IMG/VR virus record: IMGVR_UViG_3300042867_001289
Location: 1-64,000 of that record
Source: a virus
Strand: one strand, 5' to 3'
DNA length: 64,000 nt
Every line of letters starts with the position of its first letter. Positions within the stretch are counted from its first letter, which is position 1. The notes beneath the pieces are model-generated. The model saw nothing but the letters and a program-made list of their open reading frames with translations, made no database searches and was not told the DNA's origin. The position numbers were made by a program, and so were the translations under genes. Below are positions 19,643 through 28,441 of the stretch, piece after piece.

Positions 19643-20706
19643 AAGTTGCGTTTGCTTCTTCTGACTGGTCGGGAAGCGTTTTTGACGATAACGGTCACCC
19701 CGTTTGGGGAGGTGCCGGATTTATCAGGCTAGGCCAATACGTCAACAACCTTGAAGCAGAAGTAGTTTGTGGTGTTCTAGCTCACCAAAACGGTATTTTT
19801 GGTGTAAGAGACTGGGCCCACCAATTTCATTGGGATTGCGACGTTATCGTTATGCAGCGTGTAATGTTTGAAGATATCCCCGACAAGATGGATGAAGCTA
19901 AAGCCTCAGGCCAGATCATCATAAATGACCTTGATGACTGGTACTGGGGTCTCTCCCCGCTCAATGGCGCATTCAAAGCTTCTCACCCTAAATACAACAA
20001 GGTTGAGAACGTAAACCATTACCGAAATGTGATGGCACGATCAAGCCTTGTCACTACCTCGACACCTTACCTAAAGCAGCGTCTTGCTCAATGGGTAAAT
20101 TGTCCGATCATCGAATTACCTAATTGCGTGGAAGTAAAACGATTCATACGCCATGAGGACTCCGGCAGCGAGGTTCCTCTGGTCGGTTGGGTCGGGTCAA
20201 CCTCGCACAGGTCAGGGGACCTTGAAATACTGAGGGGGATTCTTGAACCGCTAGTGAAGCGGGGTAAAATCCGGTTGCATCACTCTGGGCATCACAGCCA
20301 GGCTAAGACTTTTGCTGAAGGGGTTAATGTCGACCCTAAGTATGTGACTACTATGCCGATGGCTTCACCGCAGTACTACCCAACTTTGTTGTGTTTTGAT
20401 ATTGGGATTGTCCCACTGTCAGATCTGCCTTTCAATAGGGCTAAATCGGCGATTAAAGGCATTGAGTACGCTTCTGCGGGCATACCGTTCATTGCATCCG
20501 ATTTAGACGCATACAAGGACCTACACGCCACTTATGCGTTAGGTAGGCTTGCGTCGAAACCTTCCAAATGGATTCAGCATATCGAAAAGCTTTGCGATCC
20601 TGAAGTTAGGCAAGCCGAAGGCGAATTAGGGTTAAAAAATGTTGATAAATGTGATATCCGTTTCGGTATAAGACGGTGGAATGCTTTACTAGCTTCCCTA
20701 AAGTGA
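19639..20706 (+). CDS. GT-B (GT4-like) glycosyltransferase
   Basis: DLDDW, VGWVGS, DIGIVPL..FNRAKSAIKGIEYASAGIPFIAS. Confidence 0.88.
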   Translation: MKVAFASSDWSGSVFDDNGHPVWGGAGFIRLGQYVNNLEAEVVCGVLAHQNGIFGVRDWAHQFHWDCDVIVMQRVMFEDIPDKMDEAKASGQIIINDLDDWYWGLSPLNGAFKASHPKYNKVENVNHYRNVMARSSLVTTSTPYLKQRLAQWVNCPIIELPNCVEVKRFIRHEDSGSEVPLVGWVGSTSHRSGDLEILRGILEPLVKRGKIRLHHSGHHSQAKTFAEGVNVDPKYVTTMPMASPQYYPTLLCFDIGIVPLSDLPFNRAKSAIKGIEYASAGIPFIASDLDAYKDLHATYALGRLASKPSKWIQHIEKLCDPEVRQAEGELGLKNVDKCDIRFGIRRWNALLASLK

Positions 20707-20781
20707 TCCCCTAAGCCGCATATAACCGTTCTAAGATACCTAGATGTTTAAAGAACAAATTTTTGCCGGAATTTACGCATA

Positions 20782-22089
20782 ATGTCTTTTACCATCTGGA
20801 CTCAAACAAAATCCACAGCCATAAACTCGTATCAGATACCTGAAGCAGTAAAAGAAAACGCCCGAGTAGGGTTAGAACTAAGAAAAAAGTTTGGCAGAGG
20901 AGGCACCTCAGTCGGCGAAAACACCGCAAGAACCCTAGCCGCAGGCGGAACCATCGGAATCACCAAAGTCCGGCACATCGCCAAATACTTCCCACGGCAC
21001 GCAGGTGACAACCTAGACGACAAAACATCAAACGGATGGATCGCCTGGCAGCTCTGGGGAGGGCACGCCGCAAGATCCTGGGCCGAAACCATAGTAGCCA
21101 GAGCCGAAAAAGAAACCCAAAAAAGCCTCCAACCCATCCAAACAAAAACGATGATCGACGGAGACAACGACGGGCGCTGCGAAGAAGCCGAAACAGAAGG
21201 CGGAATCCCCTGCATACCAGGAATGCCGCCACGCGCAGTAGACAAACTATGGGGCAGAACCGAAGCAAAACGGTTCGAAAAGCGAAGAGACGCCATCAAA
21301 AGGGCACGCATCCGCAGGCAAACAAAACCCCAACCAAAAATGACAGTACAAGAACTAATCGAAGCCGGAAAACAAGGACAAACCCAACAACTAGAAGAAG
21401 AAATAAAAAAGATTTTTGAAATCACAGACCTCGGACGCATGCGAGCCAAAACCGAAGCCGACTTCATCCACGCAGTAGGGCCCGACATGCCAATCAACGA
21501 ACACAACCCCCTAAACATAAATAAAAAAACCGAATGGCCAGACAACGGCATCATCATCGGAGGAAAAATCTACGACCAAAACGGCAACCCAATAGGAAAA
21601 TTCGACCGACAAATAATGATATCCGAAACCGGAAAACCAGAAATCTACCACGAACAACTCATAATCGACGAAGCACACAAAGGACAAGGAATCGGCGGAG
21701 ACTTCATCGCAGACACACAACACGACTACATCAAAATAGGAATACAACAAATCCATGTATTCGCAGGACTAGAAGACGGCGCATACAACTGGGCCGTATC
21801 AGGCTTCGACTGGGCAGAAGAATACGACAGAAAACAATTCCTCAGCTACATCCAAGAAGCCATAGACGAATACCAACAAACCAAAAACACCGAACTATTC
21901 AACACAAACGAAGAAGCAGCAGCAGTACAAGCACTAATCAGACAAGCACAACAAGAACGATTCAACGCCCCCCAAAGACTCACCCCATACGCATTCACCC
22001 TCTTCACAGGAGCAAGAAAAGCACTCAGCGACAAAGAAGGAGCCGAAGACACCAGAGTCTGGTCCGGCATCAAAAAACTCACCACTTGA
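20782..22089 (+). CDS. Multidomain protein with DGDNDG motif and C-terminal GNAT-like acetyltransferase
   Basis: N-terminal GRGGT..IAWQLWGG phage domain; IDEAHKGQGIG acetyl-CoA loop; GAYNWAVSGF. Confidence 0.75.
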   Translation: MSFTIWTQTKSTAINSYQIPEAVKENARVGLELRKKFGRGGTSVGENTARTLAAGGTIGITKVRHIAKYFPRHAGDNLDDKTSNGWIAWQLWGGHAARSWAETIVARAEKETQKSLQPIQTKTMIDGDNDGRCEEAETEGGIPCIPGMPPRAVDKLWGRTEAKRFEKRRDAIKRARIRRQTKPQPKMTVQELIEAGKQGQTQQLEEEIKKIFEITDLGRMRAKTEADFIHAVGPDMPINEHNPLNINKKTEWPDNGIIIGGKIYDQNGNPIGKFDRQIMISETGKPEIYHEQLIIDEAHKGQGIGGDFIADTQHDYIKIGIQQIHVFAGLEDGAYNWAVSGFDWAEEYDRKQFLSYIQEAIDEYQQTKNTELFNTNEEAAAVQALIRQAQQERFNAPQRLTPYAFTLFTGARKALSDKEGAEDTRVWSGIKKLTT

Positions 22090-22122
22090 CAAAAAACCCA
22101 ACACACAACTAACCTCCCCACC

Positions 22123-22314
22123 ATGAACCAAACCCAATACCAACAAGCAATACAACAAAAAATACAAACAGCAACACCCGAACAAATCACAACAATCGCC
22201 ACACTCGTCGAAATCCTCTGCCACGACGAAACAGACCAAGCAAAACTAGAAACCGCATACGCCTACTACACCGGCAAAGCCAACTGGCAAACCGACGCAC
22301 AACAACTCCTATGA
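22123..22314 (+). CDS. Small hypothetical protein
   Basis: 63 aa directly after the GNAT gene. Confidence 0.6.
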   Translation: MNQTQYQQAIQQKIQTATPEQITTIATLVEILCHDETDQAKLETAYAYYTGKANWQTDAQQLL

Positions 22315-22484
22315 ACACAAACGAATTCCACGACGCAATCCTCAAAGCCCTCCAACAAATAGACCAAACCATCCAACAACTCAAACAAAACCAAACCCCC
22401 AACCCATACAACTGGACACAAACCCAAAACAAAGAAACCCAAACCCAAAACAAAGAAACACCCAACACACCCCCCACAGTTTAA
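22311..22484 (+). CDS. Small hypothetical protein
   Basis: ATGA overlap; MNTNEFHDAILKALQQIDQ...; 21-bp internal repeat. Confidence 0.45.
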   Translation: MNTNEFHDAILKALQQIDQTIQQLKQNQTPNPYNWTQTQNKETQTQNKETPNTPPTV

Positions 22485-22595
22485 TCTAAATACAATAAGG
22501 CAAAAAAATCCCACATAGCTACACACTGGGTCTGGGGATGTTTGACAGGCCGGAGGGTTGTGTGTTTTTGGTGGTTGGTGGCTCACAGAGTTACC

Positions 22596-22631
22596 TACCC
22601 CCTACCCCCCTACCCCCCCCTACCCCCCCCC
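22596..22631. repeat. (TA-Cn)4 tract, G-quadruplex-capable on minus strand
   Basis: C runs of 5, 6, 8 and 9 separated by TA. Confidence 0.8.
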
Positions 22632-22773
22632 TGCTACCTCCTGGCTTGTTTCTTTCTTTTACTATCAATTCAATTCAATTCAATGTGTATGTGGTCAGGT
22701 TCAACCTAAACGCTTTGCTTGTATCCCATACCGGATACCTCTCAAGTCATGACCCATTAGCAGATCACTCAAG

Positions 22774-22802
22774 TTGACTTGACAACTACAATCAACTACA
22801 AT
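22774..22802 (+). promoter_or_regulatory. Sigma-70-type promoter overlapping CAACTACAAT direct repeats
   Basis: TTGACT-17-TACAAT upstream of the HTH gene. Confidence 0.6.
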
Positions 22803-22880
22803 CAGCTGTCAGACATGGCACACACACGCATACAACGCGATACACAAACTACTAACCAACATACATAGAAAGCACTACTC

Positions 22881-23099
22881 ATGAAACAAACCAAAGACTT
22901 CTTCTTCATAGCACCAGGACGTCTCATCACAACAGATCAGACAGCAGAACGTTTCAACGTTCACAGAGCAACCATCACACGATGGGTCAAATCAGGACAC
23001 ATCAAACCCTCATACAGAACCAACAAAGGTCTCTTTCTCTTTGATCGGATCTACGTTGACGATCTCATCAAGAAGAACAAGGTCTCATCAGATGTATAA
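22881..23099 (+). CDS. MerR/excisionase-like HTH protein
   Basis: LITTDQTAERFNVHRATITRWVKSG. Confidence 0.85.
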   Translation: MKQTKDFFFIAPGRLITTDQTAERFNVHRATITRWVKSGHIKPSYRTNKGLFLFDRIYVDDLIKKNKVSSDV

Positions 23100-23228
23100 G
23101 GCATCTCTTGTCAAACGAACCATGACTTATAAGCTTTGCATTGTGACTGTGCTCTCACCTGTTGCGGTTGGGTGTGGGTCCACTAGTCTGACAACACAAC
23201 AAGTCGAATCACTTAAGGAGTAGTTGAC

Positions 23229-23609
23229 ATGTCAGGCATTCAAGAAGATGCAGGCTACACAATCATTGCTTGCACCGTGAAAAGTGTATACGGCAAGAAA
23301 CCATATGACATAGAGGTCAAGCATAACCTTGACGGGTTGTACGCTTCTACTATCGCAAGGCGTATAGCCAAGGTTGATTGCATGGCACGCAACACCCTGT
23401 TGCATTCTGATGGCAACACCCTTCTATCCATTGAAGGTATCAAGGTATCCCCAGTTCAAGATACCTCTCATATCGTATTGTCTATAATCGATGACAGGGA
23501 AGACTCAATCTCTTACGGTTCTTATACAACCAAATGGATTGACGGAGACACTGATGACACCGATGACACAGGCACGTTGTACCAGTTCATCCTGATAGAG
23601 AAGGTCTGA
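23229..23609 (+). CDS. Hypothetical protein
   Basis: RBS AAGGAG. Confidence 0.7.
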   Translation: MSGIQEDAGYTIIACTVKSVYGKKPYDIEVKHNLDGLYASTIARRIAKVDCMARNTLLHSDGNTLLSIEGIKVSPVQDTSHIVLSIIDDREDSISYGSYTTKWIDGDTDDTDDTGTLYQFILIEKV

Positions 23610-23614
23610 GCCTT

Positions 23615-23794
23615 ATGCCCATCTATGAGGTCACCCTTATTCGTGACAACGTCACCCCTGAAATTGTCTTAGTGGAAGCTTCTTCACCAAAGATTGCCAA
23701 GAGGAAAGCACAGCACTACCTGTCACCCAACAGCACTGCCGTTTGGGTTCCCATCTCAATCAAACGTCAACCTGATGAGACTCAGCTGACATGA
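23615..23794 (+). CDS. Small hypothetical protein
   Basis: MPIYEVTLIRD..., ATGA overlap with next gene; not in track. Confidence 0.6.
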   Translation: MPIYEVTLIRDNVTPEIVLVEASSPKIAKRKAQHYLSPNSTAVWVPISIKRQPDETQLT

Positions 23795-24003
23795 ATGATC
23801 GTTCCATCCAAGCCGCTTTGATCTCTCAGAACATCACCCTTGCCTCCATGGCAGTAGGTTGCCTGATCACCGATCCTGAAGTATGGAACACCCTCTCTCT
23901 CAGAGCCCTTGAACGACACCAACAGCGTATCCGTGAGATACAAGAAGAGTTGTCTGCCATCTCTATGACTATCGCAGACAGGGTCGACTGGTACACAGAA
24001 TGA
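23791..24003 (+). CDS. Hypothetical protein
   Basis: ATGA overlaps at both ends. Confidence 0.7.
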   Translation: MNDRSIQAALISQNITLASMAVGCLITDPEVWNTLSLRALERHQQRIREIQEELSAISMTIADRVDWYTE

Positions 24004-24413
24004 AACATCGGTCTGCCAAGGCGATGGCACAGTACAAGCTGAGACGTCCACTTGTAGCCAAGCTGATAGAAGAACGCCCTTGGTGTGAAGCTTGCGCTGT
24101 GTTCGCAGGGTTCGACAGGTGTGAGGGTGATGATACTTCCATCTATGTTCAAGCCAGGTCGATGGATGCCCATGAGTTGGTACGACGTTCTCGTGGTGGT
24201 TCAATACTGGACGAGACCAATATCCTCATGGTATGCCGCCCTTGTCATACACGGATAGGGAACAGGCCTCGTACTGCTGACAAGGTTGGCTTGGAGCTTC
24301 CTTCGTGGGCTTCTCCTGAGATGTTTGATGAGGCTAAGGAGTTGCGTCAGTCTTGGTCTTCTGGGATTCCTCGTATCCCCTCTTGGAGAGCTGAGGAGAT
24401 TGATGAAGGTTGA
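24000..24413 (+). CDS. HNH endonuclease
   Basis: CEAC..DAHE..RSRGG..NILMVCRPCH. Confidence 0.85.
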   Translation: MKHRSAKAMAQYKLRRPLVAKLIEERPWCEACAVFAGFDRCEGDDTSIYVQARSMDAHELVRRSRGGSILDETNILMVCRPCHTRIGNRPRTADKVGLELPSWASPEMFDEAKELRQSWSSGIPRIPSWRAEEIDEG

Positions 24414-24924
24414 GGTTGTTGGCCTTGACCTGTCGTTGACTTCGACTGGGGTTGCCTTTGGTGAGGACTTCACTCAGGCGATCTCTACTGCGCACAAGGG
24501 TCCTAAGCGTCTTGCTGTGATGAGAGACCTTGTGATGACTGCCGTTTCTACTGTGAGTGCCCCTTATGTTGTCATTGAGGGCTACTCGTTTGGTTCTAGG
24601 AACTCTCAGGCGCATTCGATTGGTGAGCTTGGTGGGGTCATTCGTGTCGCCTTGTGGGAACGGGCTATCCCATACGTTGAGATAGCTCCGACGGCTAGAG
24701 CCAAGTTCGCTACTGGCAGGGGTAACGCTTCTAAGAATGAGGTGGTATCAGCGATCTCTGCTAGGACTGGGGTTGTGTGGTCAGGCAAGGGTGGGGATGA
24801 CCGGTGTGATGCTTGGATACTGCAGGAGATGGGTCTCGCCCATTTCGGTCAGGCACGATTCGATTGGCCTGTTTTGAATATGATGTCCTTAGATAAGGTC
24901 GATTGGTCATCCTTTAGTAAGTAG
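24403..24924 (+). CDS. ruvC: RuvC-like Holliday junction resolvase
   Basis: VGLDLSLTSTG, VVIEG, KFATGRGNASK, DDRCDA. Confidence 0.85.
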   Translation: MKVEVVGLDLSLTSTGVAFGEDFTQAISTAHKGPKRLAVMRDLVMTAVSTVSAPYVVIEGYSFGSRNSQAHSIGELGGVIRVALWERAIPYVEIAPTARAKFATGRGNASKNEVVSAISARTGVVWSGKGGDDRCDAWILQEMGLAHFGQARFDWPVLNMMSLDKVDWSSFSK

Positions 24925-24936
24925 AATGGAGTTCTT

Positions 24937-25311
24937 ATGGTTGATAGTAGAGAACAGACTAGACGGCGTCGTGATCGGCCCATCAGTCAAGTTGAGATTG
25001 AGGAAGAGATCCTGCGACTCGTTGAGCTCTTGGAGCATTCGACTGAGGACTTTGCTGAGCTCGCTCAGAATGCGGCTCAGTACGAATCTGACTACAAGCG
25101 GGCATGGGCAGGCCAGTACCTGTCGGCTTCTGGTGCTGTGAAGGAACGAGAGGCATGGGCAGACTTCAGAACCCAGGACGAGTTCCAGAAGTACAAGATC
25201 AGTGAGGCCCTTGTGCGTTCCAGGCGTGAGATGCTCAACGCCACACGGACGTCTATTGACGCCTTGAGGACATTAGCGGCTAATGTACGGTCCATGGTAA
25301 CCGGATCATGA
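24937..25311 (+). CDS. Hypothetical helical protein
   Basis: RBS GGAG, coupled to next gene. Confidence 0.75.
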   Translation: MVDSREQTRRRRDRPISQVEIEEEILRLVELLEHSTEDFAELAQNAAQYESDYKRAWAGQYLSASGAVKEREAWADFRTQDEFQKYKISEALVRSRREMLNATRTSIDALRTLAANVRSMVTGS

Positions 25312-26093
25312 CTCACAACATTCACCCCAACCTAGAATCACTGGCATTGCCTATCGACAAGCTAGTGCTGCTTCCCACGAACCCTCGGCGTGGCGATGTG
25401 GATGCCATTGCTGCTTCGTTGGCTGAGTTCGGACAACTCAAAGCGGTTGTTGTACGACCCAATGATGATGACACCTACACGGTGGTGGCTGGCAATCATA
25501 CGGTTCAGGCTGCCCAGGCTAATGGGTGGACTGAGATTGCTGCCGTCCAGTTCGAAGCTGATGATGATCGTTCGATTGCGTTTGCTTTGACTGACAACCG
25601 CACTTCTGAGCTGGGTCATACTGATTCGATTGAACTTGATGAGCTGCTTGGTGACATGCTTGGCGATTACAGCATCCTCATGGAGGACCTGGGGTGGGAT
25701 GATTTTGAGCTTGCAGCGTTGAACGAGACTGCTCAAAGGAACACTCGTACCCAGGAATCGGTGGGTGGCTACACGGCACCTGAGCTGATTTTGCCTGATG
25801 AGGATGAGTTGGCGATGCTTGATAGCGCACCCTTGCCTGCACCTTCAGACGATGTGCGCATTGTTGCCCCTCAGGACACCAACGTCAAGGATGCGATTGT
25901 GCATGGTGCTACGGCTACTGCTGCCGGTGCGGGCGCTAAGGGCATGGTGCAGTACAACCTGGTCTTTGATAGTACTGAGCAGCAGCGCAGGTGGCACGAG
26001 TTTCTGCGTTGGTTGAAGACTGACGCTGAGGTTGATGGGGATACAACAGCCGAACGGCTACTTAGTTTCCTGGAACCTCGCGCCGATTTCTAG
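25308..26093 (+). CDS. ParB/Srx-like N-terminal domain protein
   Basis: NPRRGDVDAIAASLAEFGQ..VVAGNH..ALTDNRTSELG. Confidence 0.85.
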   Translation: MTHNIHPNLESLALPIDKLVLLPTNPRRGDVDAIAASLAEFGQLKAVVVRPNDDDTYTVVAGNHTVQAAQANGWTEIAAVQFEADDDRSIAFALTDNRTSELGHTDSIELDELLGDMLGDYSILMEDLGWDDFELAALNETAQRNTRTQESVGGYTAPELILPDEDELAMLDSAPLPAPSDDVRIVAPQDTNVKDAIVHGATATAAGAGAKGMVQYNLVFDSTEQQRRWHEFLRWLKTDAEVDGDTTAERLLSFLEPRADF

Positions 26094-26332
26094 TCTCGGC
26101 TGAGCATCCCGAGGATGCTGGCGAGTACAACGAATATGAGCAGGCATGAGGTGCCTAGTACTGGTATCCATTCGGTTACGTCTGTCCACTGGGATGCGAT
26201 AGCTACGAATAGTTCGCCTAGTAAGAAGACCAGTCCGATGGTTAGCCAACCACAGAAGGTGGTTATGCGGTTGAGTTTCTTGGTTTGGCTGCCGGTTTTA
26301 CGGTTACCTGAGATGACTTTTTGATTATGCAT
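26090..26332 (-). CDS. Small membrane protein
   Basis: Two TM segments; start MHNQK after GGAG. Confidence 0.6.
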   Translation of the reverse strand: MHNQKVISGNRKTGSQTKKLNRITTFCGWLTIGLVFLLGELFVAIASQWTDVTEWIPVLGTSCLLIFVVLASILGMLSRD

Positions 26333-26510
26333 TGTTGTCTCCATTCTTAAGCGCATCCAGTACCTTAGGGTCAACCAGCTTGTTGAACGTGCATACCTGC
26401 ACTGCGGTCCCCAGGTTCTTGCGAGTTAGGTACCTGCTTGCGTTCCCTGACTTCAGACGAAAAATGTTCGCTGCTTCAAGGATTGCTTTGCGTGCTTCTT
26501 CTTTTTCCAT
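26325..26510 (-). CDS. Small hypothetical protein
   Basis: Operon packing. Confidence 0.6.
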   Translation of the reverse strand: MEKEEARKAILEAANIFRLKSGNASRYLTRKNLGTAVQVCTFNKLVDPKVLDALKNGDNNA

Positions 26511-26518
26511 TACATGTC

Positions 26519-26995
26519 CTAACTAATAGGTCGGCTCACACCAATAGGCGCAACGCCTGATTTCACTAAGAACAGCTCTGTCTTTAGATAGGTATCGTAA
26601 CTGTTGTCTGCCCAAAATACGACTTGTTTAATACCGGAAGACGCAATGAGTTTGGCACACCCAAAACATGGGGCCCCATTCACCACAAGCGTGCCCTGCT
26701 GTCGAAGCCCATTGTCAGACCAGAGCAGCGCTCCTGCCTCAGCATGCTGCGCAATACAAGTATCGTAGGTAGTGCCACTCTTGTGCTTGTCGTCAGCGTG
26801 TGGGCAGCCTCCGTCGTTACAGTGGATGAACCCTGGCGGGCCACCGTTATACCCTACACCAGCAACCCGTTTGTTTGGGCTGAGAACAACAGCAAAGAAC
26901 TGTCGCCTTGAGCAGGTACTGAACAGCGGTGCCATTAGATCTGTGGCGAGCAGCCAATTCTGCAGGTATCTAGGCATGCTTTCAAATTCTCTCAA
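26519..26995 (-). CDS. dCMP deaminase
   Basis: GYNG, HAE, PCFGC. Confidence 0.9.
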   Translation of the reverse strand: MREFESMPRYLQNWLLATDLMAPLFSTCSRRQFFAVVLSPNKRVAGVGYNGGPPGFIHCNDGGCPHADDKHKSGTTYDTCIAQHAEAGALLWSDNGLRQQGTLVVNGAPCFGCAKLIASSGIKQVVFWADNSYDTYLKTELFLVKSGVAPIGVSRPIS

Positions 26996-27276
26996 TTCTT
27001 AGCGCCTTTTCGCATTGTGCTCGTGACAATACCTCGTTCAGATCGGACTCGCCGACGTTCACGTTCGCTCATCCCACCCCAAACCCCATAGTGCTCATGC
27101 TGAAGCGCATGCTCTGCACAGTCTTTAACCACTGGGCAACCAGCACAAATCTTCTTTGCTTCTTTTAGCCGAAGCCGAGGATTCTTTTGACCGTTTTCAA
27201 GTGCAAAGAAAAGCCCTGAAGAAACCGGCACATTACGGCAGGCAGCTTCACGCTGCCAGTTGGCCTTAGTAGACAT
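26992..27276 (-). CDS. whiB: WhiB-family transcription factor
   Basis: WQREAAC..AKKICAGCPVVKDC..GVWGG. Confidence 0.92.
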   Translation of the reverse strand: MSTKANWQREAACRNVPVSSGLFFALENGQKNPRLRLKEAKKICAGCPVVKDCAEHALQHEHYGVWGGMSERERRRVRSERGIVTSTMRKGAKN

Positions 27277-27279
27277 TAG

Positions 27280-27603
27280 TTATACTCCCGGTTTATCAAT
27301 AGGGTACTTTGCTCGCACTGTAGAAACGTATTGGGCATAAATGTCTGCCTCGCAGTTAATTATAACTAGGTATGCGTATGTTCCCGCACAGTCACAAAGC
27401 CATTGCTTTGTGCACAACACAACAGCATTGAAGCCTTTTTCACTAACCCAGGTGTCAAGAACAGCATGCAGCGCCCCAGGCGCTATCAAGCTCAGATCCA
27501 TGGCTACTAGGCCACAGCGACCACTGGTGCTATCAAACTCAGCAAGTTTTAAAATGTTCTTTGTTGTAAAATATTCAAAGTTCATGTGAACAACTCCAGC
27601 CAA
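27280..27603 (-). CDS. Hypothetical protein
   Basis: Operon packing; start uncertain. Confidence 0.55.
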   Translation of the reverse strand: MAGVVHMNFEYFTTKNILKLAEFDSTSGRCGLVAMDLSLIAPGALHAVLDTWVSEKGFNAVVLCTKQWLCDCAGTYAYLVIINCEADIYAQYVSTVRAKYPIDKPGV

Positions 27604-27659
27604 TTGATTACAATGCTGAATCTATATGCAAAACCATAACAAGTGGTGTTTCTGTACTG

Positions 27660-28064
27660 TCAGACATCAACACCGCTCAACCTAAGGGTAGCTTCATGGT
27701 CCAACCATATGACCGCATGGCCAATCTCCGCACCGTTGACCACCACACTCACTTGTTCCATGTCAATCTTAAGGCGGGCGGCTAAACCTGCTTGTATGCG
27801 GCCAGCTACACCATCTACCCACGCTAGTTCTGCTTGGAAATCGTGGGTATAACCGAGGTCCAAGTCTATTAGAGGGATGGGTTTTGGCACGTTTGGTTCA
27901 CGAGCTATCTCGCAAAGAGTGCACCCAATTTCTGCAGCTTTGGCAGGCCTTTTACGGTCATCCGTGTGCCCACACTCCATGCGGTGCCGGTAAACGATTT
28001 CCCCCCAGTTGCCTATTTTTGTTATTTCAACAACTTTGCGGCGAGGTGCCGACCTTAAACTCAC
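27660..28064 (-). CDS. Hypothetical protein with putative Zn site
   Basis: CGH..CTLC. Confidence 0.7.
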   Translation of the reverse strand: MSLRSAPRRKVVEITKIGNWGEIVYRHRMECGHTDDRKRPAKAAEIGCTLCEIAREPNVPKPIPLIDLDLGYTHDFQAELAWVDGVAGRIQAGLAARLKIDMEQVSVVVNGAEIGHAVIWLDHEATLRLSGVDV

Positions 28065-28441
28065 CGATAGATCTTTGGTTCAGCGTGTTCCCAGGCTTCA
28101 GCGCTTTCGACAGCTTCGCCTAGACGGGCAGCCCATGGGAAAAGAAGGACTTTAGCCCACCATTGCACCGACCATGTTGGGATGCTTGAATTGCCCCCAA
28201 TGATTTCATTGTGGCTAGGCAATGGCCATGAACGCTGCAACTTGTCCATAATGGCATTTGCACGTTCTTGCCAATCAAGTTGTTGAGGCAACCACCATTC
28301 AAAAAACTTTTGATCCCAATTCCCATTGGAAACAAAGTTAACTAACTCAAGAGGTGAATGAGCCTGCGGTTCGAATTCCTCCGCAGACACAATCACCACC
28401 TTGTCAACATCTTCTAGAATCAAATCGGATGGTTCCATCAC
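28061..28441 (-). CDS. Hypothetical protein
   Basis: 4-bp overlaps both sides. Confidence 0.7.
   Translation of the reverse strand: MMEPSDLILEDVDKVVIVSAEEFEPQAHSPLELVNFVSNGNWDQKFFEWWLPQQLDWQERANAIMDKLQRSWPLPSHNEIIGGNSSIPTWSVQWWAKVLLFPWAARLGEAVESAEAWEHAEPKIYR

Noticed and set aside
20832-22586. Many long overlapping ORFs on both strands
   Set aside because: Extreme base skew removes stop codons; only the plus-strand GNAT frame has recognisable motifs.
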